The notes beneath the pieces are model-generated. The model saw nothing but the letters and a program-made list of their open reading frames with translations, searched no databases and had not been told where the DNA came from. A stretch of 64,000 nt of DNA from Antedon mediterranea (taxonomy: Eukaryota; Animalia; Echinodermata). Where the stretch lies: NCBI RefSeq assembly GCF_964355755.1, contig NC_092670.1, positions 41,315,609 through 41,379,608 of the forward strand, given 5' to 3'. Below are positions 1-12,900 of the stretch, piece by piece. The first letter of the stretch is position 1. Every line of letters starts with the position of its first letter. Both the position numbers and the translations under genes were made by a program.

Positions 1-116
1 TCAACAACATACAATGGAAAGTGTAATATTTAGTGAGTAGTCAAGGCAGTGCATAATGCGGCTTGTTGATATGAATATGAAAAGAAGTGAGCGTGCTACA
101 AGAATGCTATGGTTAA

Positions 117-2228
117 TTAACATTCTACGAACTATTCAGGGGTTAACCCAAGTAACAAAGGGTCTACCAACTAACGCAAGGAGAAATTAGCACACATTTC
201 CTAATATCCATCCATCCATTCAGACAGACTACAGATTCAAAAACCTTGTTAACATTCTACAAACTATTCAGGGGTTAACCCAAGTAACAAAGGGTCTACC
301 AACTAACGCAAGGAGAAATTAGCACACATTTCCTAATATCCCATCCATCCATTCAGACAGACTACAGATTCAAAAACCTTGTTAACATTCTACCAACTAT
401 TCAGGGGTTAACCCAAGTAACAAAGGGTCTACCAACTAACCCAAGGAGAAATTAGCACACATTTCCTAATATCCATCCATCCATTCAGACAGACTACAGA
501 TTCAAAAACCTTGTTAACATTCTACCAACTATTCAGGGGTTAACCCAAGTAACAAAGGGTCTACCATCTAACTCAAGGAGAAATTAGCACACATTTCCTA
601 TTATCCATCCATCCATTCAGACAGACTACAGATTCAAAAACCTTGTTAACATTCTACCAACTATTCAGGGGTTAACCCAAGTAACAAAGGGTCTACCAAC
701 TAACTCAAGGAGAAATTAGCACACATTTCCTAATATCCATCCATCCATTCAGACAGACTACAGATTCAAAAACCTTGTTAACATTCTACCAACTATTCAG
801 GGGTTAACCCAAGTAACAAAGGGTCTACCAACTAACCCAAGGAGAAATTAGCACACATTTCCTAATATCCATCCATCCATTCAGACAGACTACAGATTCA
901 AAAACCTTGTTAACATTCTACCAACTATTCAGGGGTTAACCCAAGTAACAAAGGGTTTACCAACTAACCCAAGGAGAAATTAGCACACATTTCCTAATAT
1001 CCATCCATCCATTCAGACAGACTACAGATTCAAAAACCTTGTTAACATTCTACCAACTATTCAGGAGTTAACCCAAGTAACAAAGGGTCTACCATCTAAC
1101 TCAAGGAGAAATTAGCACACATTTCCTAATATCCATCCATCCATTCAGACAGACTACAGATTCAAAAACCTTGTTAACATTCTAGCAACTATTCAGGGGT
1201 TAACCCAAGTAACAAAGGGTCTACCAACTAACCCAAGGAGAAATTAGCACACATTTCCTAATATCCATCCATCCATTCAGACAGACTACAGATTCAAAAA
1301 CCTTGTTAACATTCTAGCAACTATTCAGGGGTTAACCCAAGTAACAAAGGGTCTACCAACTAACCCAAGGAGAAATTAGCACACATTTCCTAATATCCAT
1401 CCATCCATTCAGACAGACTACAGATTCAAAAACCTTGTTAACATTCTACTAACTATTCAGGGGTTAACCCAAGTAACAAAGGGTCTACCAACTAACCCAA
1501 GGAGAAATTAGCACACATTTCCTAATATCCATCCATCCATTCAGACAGACTACAGATTCAAAAACCTTGTTAACATTCTACCAACTATTCAGGGGTTAAC
1601 CCAAGTAACAAAGGGTCTACCAACTAACCCAAGGAGAAATTAGCACACATTTCCTAATATCCATCCATCCATTCAGACAGACTACAGATTCAAAAACCTT
1701 GTTAACATTCTACCAACTATTCAGGGGTTAACCCAAGTAACAAAGGGTCTACCAACTAACGCAAGGAGAAATTAGCACACATTTCCTAATATCCATCCAT
1801 CCATTCAGACAGACTACAGATTCAAAAACCTTGTTAACATTCTACCAACTATTCAGGGGTTAACCCAAGTAACAAAGGGTCTACCAACTAACGCAAGGAG
1901 AAATTAGCACACATTTCCTAATATCCATCCATCCATTCAGACAGACTACAGATTCAAAAACCTTGTTAACATTCTACCAACTATTCAGGGGTTAACCCAA
2001 GTAACAAAGGGTCTACCAACTAACGCAAGGAGAAATTAGCACACATTTCCTAATATCCATCCATCCATTCAGACAGACTACAGATTCAAAAACCTTGTTA
2101 ACATTCTACCAACTATTCAGGGGTTAACCCAAGTAACAAAGGGTCTATCATCTAACTCAAGGAGAAAGGAAATGTGTGCTCCCACCCATCCATTCAGACA
2201 GACTACAGATTCAAAACCTTGTTAACAT
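117..2228. repeat. Intronic minisatellite, 132-bp unit, ~16 copies
   Basis: Unit AACATTCTACCAACTATTCAGGGGTTAACCCAAG...CAAAAACCTTGTT recurs (CATTCTAC at 121, 253, 386...). It lies in a SERINC intron just past the 27-nt exon at 2243-2269. Confidence 0.97.
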
Positions 2229-2242
2229 TATGTGATGCTTAC

Positions 2243-5200
2243 CTCATTTGCACCATAAAATGTTACTTCCTACAAATAAAATAATAATAAAAGTATCATT
2301 TTTAACCATTTTCTTAATTTGCACAACAAAATTCCAGTATAAATCAACATTTTTCTCCCACAATTATAGGTTTGAACATTTTTATCATTAAACCAAGGAT
2401 ATAATATATAATTATAATTGTGTTGCTATTAATAAACAAACACACACACACTACTTCTTTTCTTAATTCTTGTAATGTGTTGGTGGGTTATAAAATGATT
2501 TATATCATGATAGTGGTAATCAGTCCAAAGCAGTATGCACATGCAAGGTTGGATACAAATGGTATACAATTCCAGCAGTAGTATAGTTAATAAAATCAAC
2601 CGTGAATACCTTATTTGAATCTGTCCTCTCCAAGCGAGAGAATGTCTTCCAGAATGAACAGATGGATAAGCAAGTAAGAGAAGAGAGAGTATAAATGTAA
2701 CCAGCACCATTTATTAGAGAGTTAATGTATAGTAATTCACAGGGTTTTAAGCAGTTTAACAAATAATTGACCATTACACATGTTAGCTTATAATGTAGTG
2801 AATAACTGACTTGGTTAGGTGCATTAGCAATGCAGTGAATGTATAACACATTTCCCAAGTGCAATAACTATGTAGTGAATAAACAATTTGTTGCATGTAA
2901 TGTTACCTGTATGATATTCATAATTAAACTGTAGTACTTACCTCATTACCAGTCAGTTTGCCTACATTGTTGGTGCTGGCAGTACGCATACTGTTAGGAG
3001 TAAAAATGTATGAATATTATCATTATACATCATTCAGTAAACATACAAATTAACTTTAATCAAATTCTTTAACCAAACAAAGGTTCTTACCAAGCAAATA
3101 CAATAGATATAAACCAGATGAAAAAACCAATCCAGCTTTCTGCTTTGACTGCAGATCCAGTGGCTCCACTCAATGTCCCATTGTTTACAGTTGGAAATCC
3201 AGGATTACATGCTATATAATAAAATGTATCAGTAAGTCTCTATGCTGTTAGGATTGTATATACAGTATACTAGTCAAATACGTTTGTTCTCATAATAACT
3301 ATGTTTATTGTGATTGTTTGATCCATATTTCTACATTTTGCAATGTTTGTAATAGAATGCTCTTGTAATAACATTGAATGAAACAAATTGTATAATTTGG
3401 CAGAACATTCATATGGATTGGTAAGATAATGATGAAATGTTAAATAATGATTTTATCCTTGTTTTATAGAATGTTGATTAATTCTTACCTTTTTCTGGTG
3501 AGCTAGTCATTGCGGACCATGTCAAATAGACCACATATAGTGATATCACTGATGACTGAAGTAAACCAGATCTAGGTTGTGCTAATAAATGATACCAACA
3601 ATTAGGTAATTACTTGTGCATATAGATCATTTCAATTTAAACACTTGAATCTAAAAAAATGATTATGTGATCAAAACTGATTTGGCCATTTAACAAAATG
3701 TATGTGTAAGTAGTCTTACCCTCCTGAACTTTAGGTAATATAGCCAAAATTGAGATGCCAATGCACAATGCCATATTGAAAGATATAAAGAATTTGTTCT
3801 CACTACAGCTGTGAACTGCATCACCCTAATAATAAATAAACATATGGTATTAAAACAGAGTGCCAATCTACTAAATTAACAAATGTTTTACATTATTTTT
3901 AAAACTAAAGCAGAATTAAAATGAAAAATGAAATTATTTACAATGTAGTAAACGTAGAAAAGGACGATTCCAGTGATGCAAATAGCATAGTTGATGATGG
4001 TGAAGAAAAGCAATCCTATAAATGGAAAAATATTTTGTTTAGCATACATATTAATTTAAATAAAAAAAATAATTTTGTTAATTAAATAGCATGTTACACT
4101 TTTAATCATCTAAACTTACCTGATATTAATCAATAAATATAAAGACTTACCACAGTACCAGTCTCTATTGACAATTTAAATGATTGGAATCAACTTATTT
4201 TTCAAATTTGTAACCATTTAAAGACTAAAAACGTTATTGCAATAGGACCATATAGCATTTATTTTTACATTAAATGTAGTTTGTGACCTTAAATTAGATC
4301 TAAAAACATATAGAGACTTACCAAAGTACCAGCCTCTATTGTCGGTTTCTTCCACTTTGTCAACCCACTTTTCATTCCAAGTATGAGCAAAGTCAACAAT
4401 TAATACCAACTGGACCAATATAAAAATGAAGGCTCCAACCAGACCAAAGTAACGCCAGACTAAGAAAGAAAGTTATAACAATTAATACCAACTGGACCAA
4501 TATAAAAATGAAGGCTCAAACCAGACCAAAGTAACGCCAGAGTAGTGATTATTCAATTAAGAGATGATTTGAATGCAACATCACCTTTATTCTTCACCTA
4601 CCACAAGACATTTGATTATAAAATCAATGTTTAATTTTGTTTTATTAAACACAAATGTAAAATAAAACATAACAATTTAGTTTACAAGCAACACTAACCC
4701 TGTTCAAAATCACCAGATGGAATATAAAAAGCTCCAACCCAAAGACCAATCAGAGCAAGGAACTTGAAAAACCAGAATCTGTAGAAAAACAAATATTATA
4801 ATCAAATAATTTACTTTGTTGTATTTTATGATTTGCTTGTGATAATTGTTGTCAGATGAGATCAGTCAAATTTTTAACTTAATGATTATAAGACAGACAG
4901 TAGCTGAAATACTGTTGTATATTTAGCTGTCCATAAAAAGTGTCCAGCAAGCAGTTGACGGTCAGCTGTCCACAGCAGCAAGCAGTTGACGGTCAGCTGT
5001 CCACAGCAGCAAGCAGTTGACGGTCAGCTGTCCACAGCAGGGGGTAGCACCCCACTTATCTATGCACTGTATGTACACAGGGTGTTCATCATCTGTGTTG
5101 ATGCTACGGCTGTATCCAATTGCTGTTTCTTAGAACATACCCATTTTGTATTTTGGATCTGGGATCACCACTTGATTTTGTATTAAGCATGATCACAGCA

Positions 5201-6278
5201 AGCAAGAAGAAGAAACAAGCTAATCCAAAGCAAACACGGTAAACACCCGAGTATCCAGCAACTAGGTCACAATATTCAGATCTTCCATCGTCACACACAA
5301 ACCATAACTAATAACAAAATCAAATCAATATCAAATGAATAAGACCTTACAGCTTGTTCACAACATATATTTTCTTCAATGAAAAAATTTTGATCTAAAA
5401 TCTAGAAAAGTTTTATTTTGCCTGTAATGTATTGTTTTGTTGGTATAAAACAATTGCTGACAATTGATTATAAGGCAAGTGTGACTTTACTTACATCACT
5501 TAATTTCTCTCGCAATCCTGGTATCAACATTATGCAAGATGTGATGGCACCCAACAAGAGGAAAAAACCATAGACAAGACGAGTTGATGTAGAGTTTTTG
5601 CATGAAGGGCATGCACTGCAACAGCAGCTACATGCTGCTGCACCACAACAACAGGCCAACTGCAAATAAAGTAGTTCAATGTTTTTAATATTGATGCAGT
5701 CTACAGTATTTGTAAAATAATACAAATACATGTAACATTAATATTTACAGAGTGAGTGAGAAACAACACAAGTATAATAATTCTCCGCATCCAAAATTGG
5801 AGCTCGTGTCTCTTGAAATGGTTTGGCATTGGCCTCTAATGTAGGTGTATTAAGCCTTAATAAAAAATAATACATTTTTATGCGCCAAATGTTTATATAA
5901 TTCATAAAATTTCATTTTGTACCATTTCACTTATTTATTAATCATGTTTATGTGACAAACAAAATGTGATGTGCCCACCATGATGGACACGATGATGTCA
6001 TAATATTTACTACTATAAATATTAATACCACTACTATTTGGGTACATACATAGATTAGATATTAAGGCTAGCTAGAGTCTAGGCCCAGGCTAGATAGTAA
6101 GCCTAGGCTAGACTACTTGCTCGCGAGTACGAGACAGTCAAGAAGGGTGTGTATTAACTATTATGCAAAAGGCCTCGGCCTACTAAATAATAAACATGGC
6201 GGCTTATTTTAATTATTTATTACCGCCTAGGCCTAGGCCTAGTTTACTTACTCCAGCCAGTGAGATAACACAACCCAT
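2243..6278 (-). CDS. SERINC: Serine incorporator (SERINC/TMS membrane protein), 5' part; continues off the left edge of the window
   Basis: Phase-consistent GT-AG exons: 6278-6252 (MGCVISLAG), 5659-5495 ([30 protein letters not shown]), 5307-5141 ([11 protein letters not shown]...DPRSKIQNG), 4778-4699 (FWFFKF), 4459-4322 ([20 protein letters not shown]), 4015-3942, 3825-3720 ([11 protein letters not shown]...LPKVQE), 3581-3489 ([24 protein letters not shown]), 3211-3091, 2990-2942, plus candidate microexons 2645-2610 and 2269-2243. The motifs are diagnostic of SERINC. A probable 5'UTR intron spans 6448-6296. Confidence 0.96.
4946..5040. repeat. 31-bp tandem repeat x3
   Basis: AGCAAGCAGTTGACGGTCAGCTGTCCACAGC occurs three times in a SERINC intron. 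Confidence 0.9.
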
Positions 6279-6448
6279 TTCTTGTTATGATATGACTACA
6301 ATACACGGCAACCCAGACTAGATACTAGGAGGCTAGGCCTTCCTATTTAAACGTTTTATATACACAGTTCAGTACAGAATAACTCAAGACAAAAATACAA
6401 TGGCGAATAAAATACAGATGATGATGACGAATTTAGTTGTTGACTCAC

Positions 6449-6730
6449 GTGACCGCAACGAATTATTTTAAGGTATGACATCATCAGGCAACACATCTTT
6501 CAGTATTAGTATTACAGTTTGTTTTTAAATCCCCCACCGATTCATTTTTTCCTATTTTTATTTCAACAATTGTACTTTTTAAAATTAAAATTGATAAAAC
6601 AATACCGGTATTACAAATGATAAAACAATAATTATTACAAACCTCTCAAACAGTCGGGCAGCAAAGTGGTTGACCTCGCGAATTATTACCAAATCAAAAT
6701 TTGAATTGCCGCCATCTTGGAATCGCGATA
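6449..6730 (-). promoter_or_regulatory. Probable SERINC promoter / 5'UTR exon region
   Basis: GTGAGT donor at 6448-6443 (minus strand), YY1-type GCCGCCATCTTG at ~6708-6719, and local CpG enrichment upstream of the ATG exon. Confidence 0.5.
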
Positions 6731-9025
6731 AAGCAAGTAGTGCGGAATTACAAAATGCAGCCAAAAAAAATGTCAATAACATTTAAATAGCATATTCATA
6801 CAATTAAATTTATATTAATAAAATTCAACTAAGGATTTTACGAAAGATAGGCTACTTAAGAAATACTGCCGAGATCGGTTCCCCCACACGGCGTAGGGTA
6901 CCGCAGTGCTAAGGGGCCTAGGTAGGAAAAAATCTGATTTTACCTGTTAAACATGCTTGAACCAAGGCCATTTTAATATATATTATCCAGATTATATATC
7001 AAAACAAACTGATAAAAGGATTTGTTGATTTGCTTCTGATGAGAAAAGTGCCGGATTCATTTCGCTGACGGCGAATGAATACACGAATTTTCGCCATTTT
7101 CTAGCACTAGCCTTGGGTACCCAGACAGCTGATAACGATTATATTCGATTGTCCAGACGTCTCTGCTACTGGTGCTCAATACTACAGTATGTATTACTAT
7201 GGACCTATAGGTCCATGGTATTACTGTACATATAGTACTGTATGTTTAGTTTTTGCTTTCTTTATGGCAAAATAAATATTTAATTTTTATTATTGCTTAT
7301 TTTGCTTTAACTTTATCCAAGAAGAAGTAAATATTATTATATATATGCATATTACAGTCAAGTTGCAACTGCCACGAATCCACTCCACTTTGGTTACTAA
7401 CTAAATAATTAATTAATAGTATAACATCATAACTAACAAACAAATTAACAAGTTAATAAATTAACCACCATTAAATAATTTTATTTACAAAAAAGTATTT
7501 TACATACAGTATAACATGTAATATCTTATTTACATCGAAGTAAAATATGCCTATCAAACTATCTTGCTCAGGCTAAAATATCAAGTTATATATGTCAATA
7601 TTTGAGTTAAATCATCGCGATAATAAAAATTTTTAGTTTTTTTTTATTTTTAAAGACATCTGTTACGTACATCAATTTACAAATATCAAAATAGGATTGT
7701 TTTTGCAGCACAAGATGAATCACAAGTCGGATAGTTTATTCTTAGAAACCTGAAAGAAAAAAAAACACCAATAATGAGCTATTCATAGTTAAATAATTTT
7801 AATGTCAACTTTAGTCATCCTAAATTTTGTCGCCATGATCACTACTATACACAATACTGTATATATAAATATCATATGTACGACCATCCAAATTACCTTA
7901 TCCTACCTACAGTCCTTCCTAGCCTAGGCTACATTATTGTCATATATTTACAAACCTCCAACAGCCACAACGTATTTTCTTTTCTTTGGCAAAGAATTTC
8001 CCGTAATATAGTCCTAAATTAATTAAATAAAAAGGTCTAGGCCTTTCTTTAAATATCCGACGATATATATTATATCCATAATCCAGTGGATATAGATTCA
8101 ACATTTTAAACATAATAATAATATGGCTTCACATTGATTATAATAAGTCGGCGATATGCCACTAAAAACTAGCCTGCGGCCCTCTCTATCCGCCTACAAA
8201 TAGCATTGGGTTTCCGTCAAATGGGCTAGGCCTAGCCTAGGCCTAGATAATACTAGAAGTTGGGTACATTTTTTTACAACCAAATAATCTACAATTATAT
8301 TGCAATATTTACCAAACTAGCACCAAATCCAAAATAAAAAAGCTACTAATAACATATTTTGGTATATTAACTGGTTTAAAAACGGATTGCACATAGTGAT
8401 TTTGAAGGATTGAAATTACTCAACCACACGGCCTGTACTAAACATACGAATCCAAGATGGAGTCTGCTTAGAATATATCCCCAGCTTTGAACGGATATTG
8501 AATCCGTCCCACAAGCTGAACCAAGCTTAAACTTTCAGAAAAGATAGATTAATAACCTAATAACCAACCACTAAGTTTTTATAAAGGTTCCGTGCTGATG
8601 AGAAAAGTGCCGGATTCCCTACGAAACCAAACAAATAAATCATGTAGCCTACCTCAACGAACACCTCCATCTGCACTTTTTTCTTCAATAAGCTCTGTCG
8701 TCGTTTCCTGGGCTACTTATACCAAAATTTTGTGGCGGGAATAATCTTCCATATTAGGAGTAACAATTTCCAAATATAGAAAGATATAATTTAACCCGGA
8801 TGGTGGAAATTGCAGCAGATTTGTAAGGGTATTCCCATGCAAAATGCTTGCCGCGAAGTGAAAAGCGAACCGGAAGTCACTATAACTTGGCGATGCTCAG
8901 TGACCTGCGCAGTTAAAAAACAGCGTTTTAACGGTTAAATGAGCACTTTGCTGCTCGACTGCAAAATGAGTTCACCAATATTGGGAGGTTGTATAGAGGG
9001 CGCTAAAAGAAAAAAAATACATGAA

Positions 9026-9305
9026 AGATGTACTTGATATCAAAAACATGAAAAATGAAGATTAATAATATCAAGCCATTTTGCAATTTTAATCAAGTTA
9101 TTCACTTTTGTAAAAACAATTACTAACACACTCTGTCAGAACCATGGAGTTAATTATACCTCCAAGTATTTTTTGCTTTAAATAAGTTTTTTTAAAGTAA
9201 ATTTTGTTTCGATCCAGTTTTGGTCAAAGTGTTATGTGAAATTAAAAATGACATTCAACAACAAAAAATTAACAAAAATTAATTTTCAAGGGGACAACAT
9301 AATCT
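9026..9305. mobile_element. Kolobok-like non-autonomous DNA element (copy 1, degraded)
   Basis: Homologous to 49875-50198: shares AAAACATGAAAAATGAAG, ATCCAGTTTT(T)GGTCAAAGTG and AAGGGGACAA. Termini are AGATGTA...ATCT followed by TTAA. Confidence 0.6.
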
Positions 9306-9625
9306 TTAAAATAATAATAATAATCTTAAAATATTTGAGCGTGCCAAATGCGAACAATGCGCTGCCAACTATTATATTTTTTTCATTCTAGCTACATAAT
9401 TGATGAAATAAAAACTAAAACAAAGCATTTTAAATAAAGGGGTTTTATTCAAGAATCTCAGAGCTTTACTCATCTATATCCATAAGAAGCATAACGTGTC
9501 ACCGAAAGCATGTACTGATATAACAATTAAGGGTCAGTTGAAATAATAAATAAAAAAATTGAAATTGATATACAATAAAATGATAATGATGGTTACATCT
9601 GCACAACTGAATTTGATTAAAATAC

Positions 9626-9662
<37 letters not shown>

Positions 9663-9966
9663 CTGCCATAGAATTAATCTATATGCATATCTACCACCGC
9701 AGGAAATCCTACCTGCATATTATTATGTATTATTTACCACTGCACGTTGTGATGATAAGGGCTTTGTTGTTTCCAGTATAATTATGTTTAATAACAATTA
9801 TATTATTATTGACAATTTTACACTAGTATTAGCCATACGGAAGGGCCCGATTCTACTGGGTTTAGAGCGTTTATAATTACTGTATTCTGTATTGTTATTA
9901 TTGTGGCTATGTCATGGCCCATGATTGTTCAAAATATTTCAACCCGATCAATTGAATTCTTCTACC

Positions 9967-12900
9967 ATGTCGGTAAGTATACTGTTCGTAAGTTCCTCGT
10001 GTGTACAAAATTAAAATATATGTACAATAATGTAGATTACAACAAATGGGATCGTGTCAATCTTGTCCAGTTAGAGGTGCTGACATTAGTTCTATTCTCG
10101 AGAATAGTAATCATGACTATTATTATTTGTACATGTAGATTACAACAAATGGGATCGTGTCAATCTTGTCCAGTTAGAGGTGCTGACATTAGTTCTATTC
10201 TCGAGAATAGTAATCGTGACTATTATTATTTGTACATGTAGATTACAACAATTGGGATCGGGTCAATCTTGTCCAGTTAGAGGTGCTGACATTAGTTCTA
10301 TTCTCGAGAATAGTAATCATGACTATTATTATTTGTACATGTAGATTACAACAAATGGGATAGTGTCAATCTTGTCCAGTTAGAGGTGCTGACATTAGTT
10401 CTATTCTCGAGAATAGTAATCGTGACTATTATTATTTGTACATATAGATTACAACAATTGGGATCGTGTCAATCTTGTCCAGTTAGAGGTGCTGACATTA
10501 GTTCTATTCTCGAGAATAGTAATCGTGACTATTATTATTTGTACATGTAGATTACAACAATTGGGATCGTGTCAATCTTGTCCAGTTAGAGGTGCTGACA
10601 TTAGTTCTATTCTCGAGAATAGTAATCATGACTATTATTATTTGTACATGTATATTACAACAAATGGGATAGTGTCAATCTTGTCCAGTTAGAGGTGCTG
10701 ACATTAGTTCTATTCTCGAGAATAGTAATCGTGACTATTATTATTTGTACATGTAGATTACAACAATTGGGATCGGGTCAATCTTGTCCAGTTAGAGGTG
10801 CTGACATTAGTTCTATTCTCGAGAATAGTAATCATGACTATTATTATTTGTACATGTAGATTACAACAAATGGGATAGTGTCAATCTTGTCCAGTTAGAG
10901 GTGCTGACATTAGTTCTATTCTCGAGAATAGTAATCGTGACTATTATTATTTGTACATGTAGATTACAACAATTGGGATCGTGTCAATCTTGTCCAGTTA
11001 GAGGTGCTGACATTAGTTCTATTCTCGAGAATAGTAATCGTGACTATTATTATTTGTACATGTAGATTAAAACAATTGGGATCGTGTCAATCTTGTCCAG
11101 TTAGAGGTGCTGACATTAGTTCTAGTCTAGAGAATAGTAATCGTGACTATTATTATTTGTACATGTAGATTACAACAATTGGGATCGTGTCAATCTTGTC
11201 CAGTTAGAGGTGCTGACATTAGTTCTATTCTCGAGAATAGTAATCATGACTATTATTATTTGTACATGTAGATTACAACAAATGGGATCGTGTCAATCTT
11301 GTCCAGTTAGAGGTGCTGACATTAGTTCTATTCTCGAGAATAGTAATCGTGACTATTATTATTTTTACATGTAGATTACAACAAATGGGATCGTGTCAAT
11401 CTTGTCCAGTTAGAGGTGCTGACATTAGTTCTATTCTCGAGAATAGTAATCGTGACTATTATTATTTGTACATGTAGATTACAACAATTGGGATCGTGTC
11501 AATCTTGTCCAGTTAGAGGTGCTGACATTAGTTCTATTCTCGAGAATAGTAATCACGACTATTATTATTTGTACATGTAGATTACAACAAATGGGATAGT
11601 GTCAATCTTGTCAAGTTAGAGGTGCTGACATTAGTTCTATTCTCGAGAATAGTAATCATGACTATTATTATTTGTACATGTAGATTACAACAAATGGGAT
11701 AGTGTCAATCTTGTCCAGTTAGAGGTGCTGACATTAGTTCTATTCTCGAGAATAGTAATCGTGACTATTATTATTTGTACATGTAGATTACAACAAATGG
11801 GATAGTGTCAATCTTGTCCAGTTAGAGGTGCTGACATTAGTTCTATTCTCGAGAATAGTAATCGTGACTATTATTATTTGTACATGTAGATTACAACAAT
11901 TGGGATCGTGTCAATCTTGTCCAGTTAGAGGTGCTGACATTAGTTCTATTCTCGAGAATAGTAATCGTGACTATTATTATTTGTACATGTAGATTACAAC
12001 AATTGGGATCGTGTCAATCTTGTCCAGTTAGAGGTGCTGACATTAGTTCTATTCTCGAGAATAGTAATCATGACTATTATTATTTGTACATGTAGATTAC
12101 AACAAATGGGATAGTGTCAATCTTGTCCAGTTAGAGGTGCTGACATTAGTTCTATTCTCGAGAATAGTAATCATGACTATTATTATTTGTACATGTAGAT
12201 TACAACAAATGGGATAGTGTCAATCTTGTCCAGTTAGAGGTGCTGACATTAGTTCTATTCTATTCTCGAGAATAGTAATCGTGACTATTATTATTTGTAC
12301 ATGTAGATTAAAACAATTGGGATCGTGTCAATCTTGTCCAGTTAGAGGTGCTGACATTAGTTCTATTCTCGAGAATAGTAATCGTGACTATTATTATTTG
12401 TACATGTAGATTACAACAATTGGGATCGTGTCAATCTTGTCCAGTTAGAGGTGCTGACAGTTCTATTCTCGAGAATAGTAATCATGACTATTATTATTTG
12501 TACATGTAGATTACAACAAATGGGATAGTGTCAATCTTGTCCAGTTAGAGGTGCTGACATTAGTTCTATTCTCGAGAATAGTAATCATGACTATTATTAT
12601 TTGTACATGTAGATTACAACAAATGGGATAGTGTCAATCTTGTCCAGTTAGAGGTGCTGACATTAGTTCTATTCTCGAGAATAGTAATCGTGACTATTAT
12701 TATTTGTACATGTAGATTACAACAATTGGGATCGTGTCAATCTTGTCCAGTTAGAGGTGCTGACATTAGTTCTATTCTCGAGAATAGTAATCATGACTAT
12801 TATTATTTGTACATGTAGATTACAACAAATGGGATAGTGTCAATCTTGTCCAGTTAGTAGAGGTGCTGACATTAGTTCTATTCTCGAGAATAGTAATCGT

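Noticed and set aside
6441-6453. TCACGTGAC E-box/CLEAR-like site
   Set aside because: It overlaps a consensus GTGAGT splice donor on the minus strand, and a single short motif is insufficient evidence.
8595-8627. CTGATGAG...CGAAAC hammerhead-like core
   Set aside because: The intervening sequence cannot form stem II, and no stems I or III are evident.
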